Virus record (IMG/VR): IMGVR_UViG_3300031772_000101
Coordinates: 1 to 39,852 of that record
DNA: 39,852 nucleotides
Origin: a virus
Taxonomy: Duplodnaviria > Caudoviricetes
Reading direction: 5' to 3' (one strand)
A program made the translations under genes and the position numbers. The notes beneath the pieces were generated by a model. That model worked only from the letters and a program-made list of their open reading frames with translations. It searched no databases and was not told the DNA's origin. Below, piece after piece: positions 19,781-29,305 of the stretch (position 1 is its first letter; every line of letters begins with the position of its first letter).

Positions 19781-20107
19781 TTATTGTGCAAATCTAACGA
19801 AACGAGTCCTACTATGATCAGATGTTCGACCAAATCTTACGCCGATACCACTGTTACGCAGTCTATTTATTACTCTATTAATTACCACTCTAAGTGCAGA
19901 TGGTGATCTTGGTGAAATGCTTCTTTGATTCTTGCTCAAAACTCTATTAAGAGCTGCCGTCAATTCAGTCATTGTGCCAAGCCAAATACCTTCAGATTGT
20001 CTTTCTACAATCGAAGAAACTCCACGAAAAATTACGTCATCGACGCCGTTAATTGTATTATTTCTTCGACTAATTATCTTACTCTTTAATGCCATTTTAT
20101 TGCTCAC
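19781..20107 (-). CDS. Small basic hypothetical protein, possible winged-helix DNA binder
   Basis: Arg/Ser-rich; WLGTMTEL...PRSPSAL...INRLRNSGIGVRFGR. Confidence 0.6.
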   Translation of the reverse strand: MSNKMALKSKIISRRNNTINGVDDVIFRGVSSIVERQSEGIWLGTMTELTAALNRVLSKNQRSISPRSPSALRVVINRVINRLRNSGIGVRFGRTSDHSRTRFVRFAQ

Positions 20108-20117
20108 TTTCTTGTTA

Positions 20118-20459
20118 TTATTTTATCAATGTTGCGGGTTTATTTGCATTAAAAACAAGGCTTCTAATACTATAAATCCTGTGTGACGGGAACATTATAT
20201 CCATAATGTTTTCTTTGGGCGTATTCTCTAATACATCTCCAAACTTTTTTAAAATTTCTTCTTCCTCAAGCTCTGAATAAACTCCCTTAACTTGTACGAA
20301 ATGATCTAGCATATCTGGTTTATCTATTGCAATGAAGTGACGCACAATCTTAGTTTTACCTTTAAAATCATCTAAGGTAATTAGATAGCGAGGTTTCTTA
20401 GAAATTTGTCCAACACTTGGGGCACCAGTTACGCCAACTGAAAAATCTTTATCAGACAT
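20118..20459 (-). CDS. Hypothetical protein
   Basis: 113 aa overlapping the recA stop codon. Confidence 0.65.
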   Translation of the reverse strand: MSDKDFSVGVTGAPSVGQISKKPRYLITLDDFKGKTKIVRHFIAIDKPDMLDHFVQVKGVYSELEEEEILKKFGDVLENTPKENIMDIMFPSHRIYSIRSLVFNANKPATLIK

Positions 20460-21630
20460 CTTTTTTTACTTTCTTTTTAGATTCTTTTACTTCAGCTTCG
20501 CGAGCAGCACTTTTATTTTCTTGCTCTTTCAATTTAGCTTCTAAATTAGAATCGCGCGCCTCAATAATTTTAACAGCCAGTTCTTCATACAATGCAGGTT
20601 CATCTTTAATTGCATCGCAGAACTTACCAAAGCCAACCCACTTACGATCTCCAAATTCATGAGAAACTGTCGTCGGCTTAACTACAATATTATAATCTAA
20701 TGCTAACTGCGCAATCTCTAGGTGCTTATCTATAACACCGATTCCAAAGTTTACTTTAAATTCGCATTTACGTGGCCACGGACCAAATTTAGATTTTTCT
20801 ATAGTCGCACGTATGGTCGCGCCGATTCTATCTTCATTTGCATCAAGAACTTTTGCATCAGCCCTATTGACAGATTCAAAATAAATATTGGCTGATAAGA
20901 AGTGGGCATAACTATTTCCACCAGAAAATGTATGATCAGAACCGTATGGATCCATGCCATCTTTTTTATGATTAATAAAGATAAATGGAACATGAGCCTT
21001 ATTGGCATCTAGAGATAGTTTGCGAAATGTTGTAGTAAGAAATCTTGCGAGCAAAGACATATTCATCTTACCGACTCTAGAAATATCTTCTCCTGGCGGC
21101 ATAATTGCTCCTAATGAATCTAGAACAACCATATTAATATTTAATTCGCCTGCCATAATAAGATCTAACAATCCATCCTTAGTTTTACCAACTAATTCAT
21201 GCGTCTTCTTATCTTCTTTAGGTATTCCCAAAATCATTTCAAAACACTTACGACCAATTACTGCCGTCTCTTGATCTACTAAAATAATGCGAGAAGTGTC
21301 TAACCCCAAAGATTCTGCCCAATTAGGATCAAAAGTTCCCTCAGCATCAATAAACATTTGTTGAGCCGTAGGATCATCCGCCTGAGCTTCTTTCATAGCT
21401 AACATAGCCATCAGTGTTTTACCAGACCCTGTTGGTCCATAGTATTGAAATAATCTACCTTTAGGAAGTCCGCCAGCTGATAAGGCATTATCTAATGCTA
21501 GAGACCCAGTTGATGTTGAAGGTAATTTCTTACCTACAGTTTCATGAGCCATTCTAAAATCTATTTGTTCTTCTGAGGCTGCATAACTTTTAAAAAACGC
21601 ATCTAATTTATTCGACATTTTATCTCCCAT
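20452..21630 (-). CDS. recA: RecA/UvsX recombinase
   Basis: STGSLALDNAL.AGGLPKGR, Walker A YGPTGSGKT, FIDAEGTFDP, VVLDSLGA, SGG, KSKFGP. Start could be 21618. Confidence 0.93.
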   Translation of the reverse strand: MGDKMSNKLDAFFKSYAASEEQIDFRMAHETVGKKLPSTSTGSLALDNALSAGGLPKGRLFQYYGPTGSGKTLMAMLAMKEAQADDPTAQQMFIDAEGTFDPNWAESLGLDTSRIILVDQETAVIGRKCFEMILGIPKEDKKTHELVGKTKDGLLDLIMAGELNINMVVLDSLGAIMPPGEDISRVGKMNMSLLARFLTTTFRKLSLDANKAHVPFIFINHKKDGMDPYGSDHTFSGGNSYAHFLSANIYFESVNRADAKVLDANEDRIGATIRATIEKSKFGPWPRKCEFKVNFGIGVIDKHLEIAQLALDYNIVVKPTTVSHEFGDRKWVGFGKFCDAIKDEPALYEELAVKIIEARDSNLEAKLKEQENKSAAREAEVKESKKKVKKDV

Positions 21631-22142
21631 TATTCGTAGCCGTTGGGGATGGGCTCACTGGTCGTGCCCTGACTATATCCGAGGATCGTCTTACGTAGCC
21701 CCGCCGCAATATCTTTAAAATGATGATGCGACTTGACTAAAATTTCATATTTACGATCAAGGACCAGCTTACTTCCCTTGGCATTTGCTAATTTTATTTG
21801 CACTACTTCTACTTCAGGCGATGACTCTCCCGCCCATTTCTTCATATCTATTGTCGTTCTTGATCCATCAGGATCTTTATATTCTAAAGATACTTTATTC
21901 TTTGTGCTATTTACTTTTGCTTCTAAATATCCTATTGTCTTTACCATTTTTCCTAGATAACCTGTAATTATATCTGCTCCCCTTAAAGCTTGCTGTTGCA
22001 AAACTTCAACATGCGAGAGATCAATTGCATCAATATCTCTAAGATTTTCTAATACTGCTTCAACCTCAGTTAGGTCAAAATTCATAAAATCTTCTTCTAA
22101 ATTTGTACCTAAAAAATCACCAAGTCTTACTTGTTGGCTCAT
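21630..22142 (-). CDS. Helical hypothetical protein (candidate UvsY-like recombination mediator)
   Basis: 170 aa coiled-coil-like protein coupled to recA by TAATG. The function is inferred from position and size. Confidence 0.5.
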   Translation of the reverse strand: MSQQVRLGDFLGTNLEEDFMNFDLTEVEAVLENLRDIDAIDLSHVEVLQQQALRGADIITGYLGKMVKTIGYLEAKVNSTKNKVSLEYKDPDGSRTTIDMKKWAGESSPEVEVVQIKLANAKGSKLVLDRKYEILVKSHHHFKDIAAGLRKTILGYSQGTTSEPIPNGYE

Positions 22143-22196
22143 CTTGTTTCCTTACTGTAATATATAATATAACGAACAAACTCTCGACAAATAGTA

Positions 22197-22496
22197 TTAT
22201 TTATCCTTAAATTTTTCTTTTAATTGGGCGCACAAATCATCCACTTGTTGATGCAGTTGTCGCAAATGCTGGTGCTGCATAATTGCCATCAAAAATAGAA
22301 ATACCTCAAAGCTTGTTTGCCTTTTAGATGGTGGTTTTAAAAATACAATTATGCCATTCGCATCAGTTTCAAATAGGTCGATAAATAAGTCTTCACCTTT
22401 ATTGGTGGAAGTTGTATAGGACTTTACGATTTTTTCGTACATAGTCCATTCATCATCAGTCATTTCAATTTTCTTATTATCAATAATCTTTATCAT
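22197..22496 (-). CDS. Hypothetical protein
   Basis: 99 aa ORF in the operon direction. Confidence 0.65.
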   Translation of the reverse strand: MIKIIDNKKIEMTDDEWTMYEKIVKSYTTSTNKGEDLFIDLFETDANGIIVFLKPPSKRQTSFEVFLFLMAIMQHQHLRQLHQQVDDLCAQLKEKFKDK

Positions 22497-22520
22497 AACT
22501 TACTTTATCTCAATATAAAA

Positions 22521-23366
22521 TTAGGCTCTAGAAAATCCGCCGCCTTTGCCGCCACGATTTTCTCCTGACTCAAACGCTGCTTTTGAATTCTTAAGTCTAT
22601 CTTGCATTTGCTGTAATTTCAATAAATCTGCAGCATTACTAGCTCCTCCGCCACCTTTGCCCTTTGCAGCCATAGCTAATACAGCAGGATGGATATCATC
22701 GTCATCACCGCCGGAGTCCAAAGAAGATGCAATCTCGCCTCCGGAAATCATAGATTGAAATTCGGCTACTGCTTCAGGGTCAGCATTTTCCAACATATCT
22801 GCTGGGATCGTCATTCCACCGCCACCTTCGCCTATTCCTGTCGCCCCCGCTCTTTTGATTTGTTGTGCAACTTTTTTAAGATACTCAGTCTTTTCTGATG
22901 GAGATTGATAGGAGTTATTGGATTGAGGTCCACTGGGATTGGGATTTTTTTTGATAACTTCGGCTCTTTTAAAAAAGTCGTTAGTTCTCTCCTCTGACTG
23001 AATTTTTTCAGCCTGTACCTCTTCCTCTCCAGTTTCAGTTTGCACTTTAACTGTAAATTTTTGGGAATCTTTTCTTTTCTGGAAGTCTTTATCATCATCT
23101 AATTTCTTTAAATCTTTTAACATATCTTGTGGCATAAAGTCGCCAATGCTTGGAGAATCAGTCTTAATATAATTGTGATTAGATAATAACCAATCGCTAA
23201 GTTGATCAGGATACTTAGTCATATCATCCATAGCTATTGCTAATGAAGCAAGGCAATTTTTTAAGTGCTCTTCCATAATGTGTTCGCCACAAAATGGACA
23301 TACATTAATATCAAGCGCATGTTTAAATTTTGGATTTATTTCTGATTCACAGGAAATGCATTTCAT
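22521..23366 (-). CDS. Hypothetical protein with N-terminal zinc ribbon and Gly-rich C-terminus
   Basis: MKCISC...CPFCG; C-terminal RGGKGGGFSR. Confidence 0.7.
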   Translation of the reverse strand: MKCISCESEINPKFKHALDINVCPFCGEHIMEEHLKNCLASLAIAMDDMTKYPDQLSDWLLSNHNYIKTDSPSIGDFMPQDMLKDLKKLDDDKDFQKRKDSQKFTVKVQTETGEEEVQAEKIQSEERTNDFFKRAEVIKKNPNPSGPQSNNSYQSPSEKTEYLKKVAQQIKRAGATGIGEGGGGMTIPADMLENADPEAVAEFQSMISGGEIASSLDSGGDDDDIHPAVLAMAAKGKGGGGASNAADLLKLQQMQDRLKNSKAAFESGENRGGKGGGFSRA

Positions 23367-23788
23367 TGTTTACTCACTCTCCAAAAAACCGGAGGCTTAC
23401 GGGCGCCCGCCGTCTTGACCATAGCTTTTTGTTTTATATATTCTCTACCCAATACATCACTTAATTTTTCAGCAAAACAACCAAATAACTGTTGTGTAAG
23501 CTCATCGATTTTGCCACCAGACTTAGACTTTATATCATCAACGATTTTTCTTAGACGGTATACGCTTAATGGAAGCGCATTTTTATCAGAGATATAATCA
23601 GTAGTAATAAACCCTGTTGCCGCCTGTAATTTACTATCTTTATTAAGCTGAGCGTACTCATAGAGTTGCTTCATTCTTAATTCAGAAGGTAAATATTTTA
23701 ATTCGGACGTAGCAGTATCTTTAGCTTTAGTAACTAAATCTTTAAGACTTCCCCTGTCTGAATGTTGTTTGACGACTCTAATTGACAT
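23363..23788 (-). CDS. Hypothetical protein
   Basis: 141 aa; AAGGA RBS; ATGA-coupled to the next gene. Confidence 0.65.
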   Translation of the reverse strand: MSIRVVKQHSDRGSLKDLVTKAKDTATSELKYLPSELRMKQLYEYAQLNKDSKLQAATGFITTDYISDKNALPLSVYRLRKIVDDIKSKSGGKIDELTQQLFGCFAEKLSDVLGREYIKQKAMVKTAGARKPPVFWRVSKQ

Positions 23789-23789
23789 T

Positions 23790-24362
23790 TTATTCCTTAG
23801 CTATGACACTATGCTTTGCAAGTACCCTAGAGAAAGAGGCAAAAGCCTCATCATTCCATTTTGCTATTTCAATAGCTTGGTCTTCAATAGCTAGTGGTGT
23901 ATCTTTCAATAAACCTTTGCTAATCATTTCTTGACATATTTCTCTAGCGCGAACTGCCTTGTCAAGCTCGGATACAGGGGCAGTGGAAGCTGCCACTTGT
24001 AATGGCTCGTCAGCAATTTCTTCGACTTGAGCAAATTTCTTAGCCTCATATGCCTGTCTAGATTTCATAATTGGATGTTCCGATGGCTTTTTAACCCAGT
24101 TCGCACCATTAGCCATAGAGTATCCAGAAGTTACAGAACATCCAGTATATCCACAAGCATGCGCTCTATTACGTCCAAATGGAGATGCTGGTGCTGGTGG
24201 AGGTGACGGAGGTGGAGCTACATAATCAGGATCCTTACCTTTAGAGATAATAAGTTTTCGTACCATATTATTAACTCGCAACATTAATCTAAGAGTAATT
24301 AACTCATAAAGAACATAATATTTTGAGCGAAAAAAGTTTTTTATAGCTTTAAAGATTTTCAT
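23790..24362 (-). CDS. Hypothetical protein
   Basis: 190 aa with a Pro-rich linker; TAATG-coupled. Confidence 0.6.
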   Translation of the reverse strand: MKIFKAIKNFFRSKYYVLYELITLRLMLRVNNMVRKLIISKGKDPDYVAPPPSPPPAPASPFGRNRAHACGYTGCSVTSGYSMANGANWVKKPSEHPIMKSRQAYEAKKFAQVEEIADEPLQVAASTAPVSELDKAVRAREICQEMISKGLLKDTPLAIEDQAIEIAKWNDEAFASFSRVLAKHSVIAKE

Positions 24363-25270
24363 TATTCATTTCCTGTAATTTTAGAGCGCTTACGACCCCT
24401 TCTTGGTTTGTCGGTAATTGTTGAAACTCTGGTAGCTGATTCTAATTCTTTTTGTGTAGGCTGAAATACGCGAGAGTCTGTTAAACCTAAAAAGCCTGCG
24501 GTAGCAGCTGGAGCTGCACTTGCTACAAAACATGAAGATATTGTTGGTTCCGCAGAATTAAAAGAAACATTGCTGAAGGCGGGGCTAGCAGAGCCGGTAT
24601 AGTTGAGATGTTGTGGAGTTAAATCAACACTTCGCGTCACCACGCCTTCAGCAACACTATCGTAAGTTCTTACATCCGTTCCTGAGAAGTTCTTAGGAGC
24701 CGTTAGGGCAGAAGAAAGATCTCTCATAAGTTCTCCAACTTCAGGAGCATCATTAGGGTTAACTGAAACCCCACCATCAGCCCCGATCTTGTGAATTTCT
24801 TCTACTAATTCTTGAGCAGTTAAATCATCAGATCGAACCATAAGATCATTAAGAGCCTCTGGATCTGTAGTTGTAAACATATTGGGTTTTGGTTTTTCGC
24901 CCTTTGGTTTCAAAAATTGTTGAAAATGTTTTTGAACTTCTTCAGATTTAGGTTTAACTTTAGTATACTTAGGGCTATCTGGAGTCCCTCTTAATTTTAA
25001 AGTAAAATTAGATAATAACCAAGCGGTAAAATCTTCAATAGCATATTGATTTTTACTATACTCTACTGTCTTTTTTAAAACGACAGCCATGATATCACTG
25101 TCTTGAATATTACTCATTAATGGCTCCGAGGTATTATTTTCTTCGGGCACGATAATCGTACCTGAATTAGATTGATATGCATTTGAAAGTCGAGGATCTC
25201 CTGCCGTAAACCAGCGCCAAGCTGTTAAGTAAGAAATTCCTTGTTTGTCCGCCCAATCTTTTAACTTCAT
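24362..25270 (-). CDS. Protein with N-terminal IS607-TnpA-like (MerR-type) HTH fused to an unknown region
   Basis: MKLKDWADKQGISYLTAWRWFTAG...AYQSNSGTIIV. No serine-recombinase YARVSS motif. Basic C-terminal KPRRGRKRSK. Confidence 0.7.
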   Translation of the reverse strand: MKLKDWADKQGISYLTAWRWFTAGDPRLSNAYQSNSGTIIVPEENNTSEPLMSNIQDSDIMAVVLKKTVEYSKNQYAIEDFTAWLLSNFTLKLRGTPDSPKYTKVKPKSEEVQKHFQQFLKPKGEKPKPNMFTTTDPEALNDLMVRSDDLTAQELVEEIHKIGADGGVSVNPNDAPEVGELMRDLSSALTAPKNFSGTDVRTYDSVAEGVVTRSVDLTPQHLNYTGSASPAFSNVSFNSAEPTISSCFVASAAPAATAGFLGLTDSRVFQPTQKELESATRVSTITDKPRRGRKRSKITGNE

Positions 25271-25382
25271 GACTTAATCCTTCGTTATGCCCAGATTGTA
25301 TATACAGATAATATCATTTATATCATTTTTATTTTGATAACAGGTTTTTTACCTATTTTATTATTATCTAATATCGTATATA

Positions 25383-28300
25383 TCAATCATCATCATCTTC
25401 TTCATCTAAATCAACTAATCCCTCGTCATAAAGCATATCTTCTATTTCTTCAAATAGACCCTTGGTTTCATTTGGATTTTCCAACAATGGATCTGCTTCT
25501 TTGGCTAATTTTGCCTTAGCTTCTTTAAGATTTATTTTTTTAGCTTTTAAATCGGCTGGCAAAGGCGGAATAATTGAAAGATCAGCTAAATCATCTAAAA
25601 TGACACCCATATCATCTTCATAGGTATTAGTGCTGCCGGAGAAGCTCAAAGCTAATCCTGAGTCAAACTGAGCCTTAGAATTGACAGTTTTAATACGATC
25701 CTGTAACATCTTCCATCTATCTGGAAAGATAGTACAACCACACTGATCGCCATTCTTATCTTCAATAATCGCTTTGATCATAGATTGACCATAATATTTA
25801 CTTGTTTCTTTCTTAACCTTAAATTCAAAGAAATTCCTAATGATACCCTTGATATCATATAATTTAGTTTTATCTTTACATTTTTTAATTTCATAAACGG
25901 TAACATGATTATCTTTGAAGAATTTACCATATGCATCGCATGGTTTACAACTAAATGATTCTCCCAAATAAAATTGTTCCAAAGCATATATTTCAGATAT
26001 GCTCCAATCTAATTCATTTGGCCAAGGATAAATAAACTCTTCTTTACTTGAGTCATGCTTCTTCATCCAGACCTGTAATTTTTTACGATAATCTGAACAA
26101 TATAAAAAGATTAGTTTGCGTGGAATTTTAAAACAATCCATAGCGCCTGTTGCTGCTAGAGCTTGAATATTATTGGCTCGTACCTTTTTAGAGTCAACTC
26201 TAGACATAAAATCAGAAAAATTCTTAAATGGACGTTTAGCTATAATATCTTTAATAGATTCATCTCCTACAGATTTTAAAGCATCCAATCCTGTCAACAA
26301 CTTATTTCCATCTGAAATAGTATATGTTAACTGAGATGTATTAATATCTGGTGGCAATATTTTAACCTTATGAGATTTAAGTTCTTTTTTAATTTTTTCA
26401 ATTTTACCTTTAGCATCAGGAGAATTAGAATTTACTTCTGCCATAAGATTGGCTAATAAAAATTCAATAGGATAATGAGCTTTAAGATAAGCAGTTTTAT
26501 ATCCTGTCATAGAATATAATACAGCATGAGAAACGTTAAATCCATATCCCTGAAATTTATCAATTACTTCATCCCAAATACGTTTAGCGATTTCTTCATT
26601 AATATTATTCTTAACGGAATCTGCAATAAATTCAGATCTCCACTGCTGTGCCTTTTTAGGGTTCTTTCCCTTTTCTTTGGTAAGTTTTCGTAAACGGTCT
26701 GCTGAATGTAAACTCCAACCAGCAATATCTTGTGCTAGATACATTAAACACTCTTCATACAAACCAAAGCCGTATGTACTATTAAATGCTCTACCTAAAT
26801 TAGGATGTAACAATGTCATTTTTTTAGAGCCATCTCTAGTTTTTATAAAATCATTACGCATATCACGAGCAGATGGTCGCGCTAAAGCATTAATATTAGC
26901 AAGATCATTTATATTAACTGGCTTAATACGACGGCATAAATCGATGGTACCAGCACTTGTACCAAATTGGAATACACAAAAAGTATCTCCTTTAGAGATT
27001 AAATCGTATGTTGTCTGGTCTGGCATATCATAATCCATAATATCGGGTGGCAACTCTTTGCCTCGCGATTTAATAATTTTATATGTCTCTGTAATAGTAT
27101 CTAAAGTTGATAATCCCAAAATATCTATTTTAACTAAACCATTTTCTTCAGCCTTGTCTTTATCATATTCAAGCGCCAAAGATCCATCCTTGTCTCTCCT
27201 AAGCGGAACTAACCCTGTTAAAGGTCTTGCGGATACGACTATGCCTCCAGCATGAGTTGACCACGCTCGATATTGCCCACAAATAGCTTTATACTTTATG
27301 AACTCAGGATATTTTTTACAATATTCTGCAAACAAAGGAACTTTATTAAAAGCATCTTCCATAGAATGAACATCGGATGGAATGCAATCTGCAACATCGT
27401 TGCCGATTTTAACAGCTTCTTCTCGTGAGCCGCCAAGCTCGCAAGCTCGGGCAATATCTCGAACGTATACCTTTGGCGTAATAGTGTTAACATTTGAAAC
27501 GTGAGCAACATGATCCTCGCCATATTTTTGGCGCAAATATGTTTGAACCCTAACTCTTCCAGAAGGCGCAATATCAGTATCAATATCTGGAAAACTTGTT
27601 TTATCCATATTATGGAAACGAGCAAAAATAAGATTATATTTAATTGGATCGGCTTGATGGATTCCTAATAAAAATCCAATTAAAGAACCACCAACAGATC
27701 CTCGACCGTCTCCAACGGCAATATCATTCTTACGTGCCCAATCAATAAAGTCGGCAACGATAAGCATATAGCTAGAAAATCCATGGAACTCAATAACGTC
27801 TAACTCTTCAACTAGACGATCTCTGTACTGCTGACGGTTTTCATCATTCAGTCCCTTGATTCGAGACTCAAAAGCCAGCTCACACTTGTAGCGTAGAAAA
27901 ACCTTATCTTGATCGAATGCGCGTACCTCTTCAGTCTGCAATGCAGCCCACTCAAGAAATTCTTGATAATTAAGTTCAAGGTGAACTGGAAAGATAGGAA
28001 GCTCTTTACCAGACGGGTTAGAAAATTTAGGATCAATCCAATCGGGGAATTCACATTGATCGGCAAAATAAATTGTATTACTACAAATCTCTTTGGCGAA
28101 ATCTTCGCCATAATTTCTGGCAAAAAATGCTTCAACCTCCTCTCCAGTTTTTAAATAAAACTCCGGCACTGGATAACGCAAACGATAATTAGAATACTTA
28201 GGTTGATGAGATCCAATCGCCAACAAAACGTCATGAACGTCCGACTCTTCTTTAGTTAAATAATGTGCATTACAAGCAGGGACAATTTTAATTTCATTAA

Positions 28301-28910
28301 TTTTACCTAATTCAATTAATTTGCGATTAATAAATTGTTGATCAATTTCATCACTAAAAATATTGTGCCCGCGCTTCATATTATTAGGCTGAATTTCGAT
28401 TCCAAGATTATCTCCAAATAACATTTTTAAACGAAGCAAAGTTTGGGTAGCTTCATCAAATTTTTTATTCATCAATAATTGACTAATTATACCATTTCCA
28501 CAAGCGGTAAGACAAATAATGCCATCAGCATATTGCTCTAATAATTTCCAATCAATAACTGGATAAACTCGTTTGCCTAAAAAAGATCCTTGGTCGAAAC
28601 CCTTTTTATTAATAGTTAGCAAATTTCGATAACCAACAGCATTTTTCGCCAACAATACGATATGCCGAAACTTATCTGTTATGTTAGTAGCGTCATCAAC
28701 GAAATAACACTCACACCCAATAATCAATTTAACACCAGTGTCACGCGAGGCTTTGAGAGAATCCCAAGCAGATGCAAGCGTGCCATGATCAGTAATAGCT
28801 ATTGATGTTTGCCCCAACTTTTTAGCATGGCTAAATAAATCTTTTGGAGAAATAAGAGAATCAAGAATTGAATAATCGGTTTGATTATGTAATGAAACAA
28901 ATTCAGTCAT
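25383..28910 (-). CDS. dnaE: DNA polymerase III alpha subunit
   Basis: PHP domain (SLHNQTDYSILD, ITDHG), GRGSVGGSL, catalytic PDIDTD and KIDILGL, HAGG, FQGYGFNVSHAVLY, C-terminal OB fold. Confidence 0.96.
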   Translation of the reverse strand: MTEFVSLHNQTDYSILDSLISPKDLFSHAKKLGQTSIAITDHGTLASAWDSLKASRDTGVKLIIGCECYFVDDATNITDKFRHIVLLAKNAVGYRNLLTINKKGFDQGSFLGKRVYPVIDWKLLEQYADGIICLTACGNGIISQLLMNKKFDEATQTLLRLKMLFGDNLGIEIQPNNMKRGHNIFSDEIDQQFINRKLIELGKINEIKIVPACNAHYLTKEESDVHDVLLAIGSHQPKYSNYRLRYPVPEFYLKTGEEVEAFFARNYGEDFAKEICSNTIYFADQCEFPDWIDPKFSNPSGKELPIFPVHLELNYQEFLEWAALQTEEVRAFDQDKVFLRYKCELAFESRIKGLNDENRQQYRDRLVEELDVIEFHGFSSYMLIVADFIDWARKNDIAVGDGRGSVGGSLIGFLLGIHQADPIKYNLIFARFHNMDKTSFPDIDTDIAPSGRVRVQTYLRQKYGEDHVAHVSNVNTITPKVYVRDIARACELGGSREEAVKIGNDVADCIPSDVHSMEDAFNKVPLFAEYCKKYPEFIKYKAICGQYRAWSTHAGGIVVSARPLTGLVPLRRDKDGSLALEYDKDKAEENGLVKIDILGLSTLDTITETYKIIKSRGKELPPDIMDYDMPDQTTYDLISKGDTFCVFQFGTSAGTIDLCRRIKPVNINDLANINALARPSARDMRNDFIKTRDGSKKMTLLHPNLGRAFNSTYGFGLYEECLMYLAQDIAGWSLHSADRLRKLTKEKGKNPKKAQQWRSEFIADSVKNNINEEIAKRIWDEVIDKFQGYGFNVSHAVLYSMTGYKTAYLKAHYPIEFLLANLMAEVNSNSPDAKGKIEKIKKELKSHKVKILPPDINTSQLTYTISDGNKLLTGLDALKSVGDESIKDIIAKRPFKNFSDFMSRVDSKKVRANNIQALAATGAMDCFKIPRKLIFLYCSDYRKKLQVWMKKHDSSKEEFIYPWPNELDWSISEIYALEQFYLGESFSCKPCDAYGKFFKDNHVTVYEIKKCKDKTKLYDIKGIIRNFFEFKVKKETSKYYGQSMIKAIIEDKNGDQCGCTIFPDRWKMLQDRIKTVNSKAQFDSGLALSFSGSTNTYEDDMGVILDDLADLSIIPPLPADLKAKKINLKEAKAKLAKEADPLLENPNETKGLFEEIEDMLYDEGLVDLDEEDDDD

Positions 28911-28932
28911 AGTACTTTCCTTTGGATTGGGT

Positions 28933-28941
28933 ATTATAACA
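28933..28941 (-). promoter_or_regulatory. Extended -10 sigma-70-type promoter upstream of dnaE
   Basis: Minus strand TGTTATAAT (TGn + TATAAT) about 22 nt before the ATG; no clear -35. Confidence 0.55.
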
Positions 28942-29023
28942 ACACTTCATATCTGACTCATAATTATTAGAGCACTATGATCTAACAGGATAGATCACGT
29001 ATGTATTGTTAGGGAATATGGTG

Positions 29024-29305
29024 TTAAATAAATGCGGTTAAGTTACTAATTCGTAGTAATAATTTGTCGACATACTCTTTGGTAAAATCTAAATCACCAC
29101 ATATCATATAAGCATATTTTTGTAAAAAATATAATTGATGTTGAAATCTAACGATATGTTTAGTGCGCTCAAAATTATAAGGTCTTATAATGACCCCTAT
29201 TTTATATTCTGTATTTAAGGATTCATAAACTCTACGACTTGATTCGCCTTGGACACTATTAGCCCATCCAAACAGCTTAATATTTTTACTAAAATGTATG
29301 ATCAT
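29024..29305 (-). CDS. Hypothetical protein
   Basis: 93 aa; ATGA overlap with the HNH gene. Confidence 0.55.
   Translation of the reverse strand: MIIHFSKNIKLFGWANSVQGESSRRVYESLNTEYKIGVIIRPYNFERTKHIVRFQHQLYFLQKYAYMICGDLDFTKEYVDKLLLRISNLTAFI

Noticed and set aside
24362-25382. Intact IS607 element
   Set aside because: No serine-recombinase catalytic motif, no tnpB and no identifiable element ends.
3125-28910. Inteins or introns in terL, recA or dnaE
   Set aside because: Protein lengths are normal, motifs are contiguous, and no intein C...HN boundaries or LAGLIDADG motifs were seen.
28978-28997. Hairpin TGATCTA-ACAGGA-TAGATCA upstream of dnaE as a terminator or ncRNA
   Set aside because: Only a 7-bp AT-rich stem with no U-tract; too weak to call.
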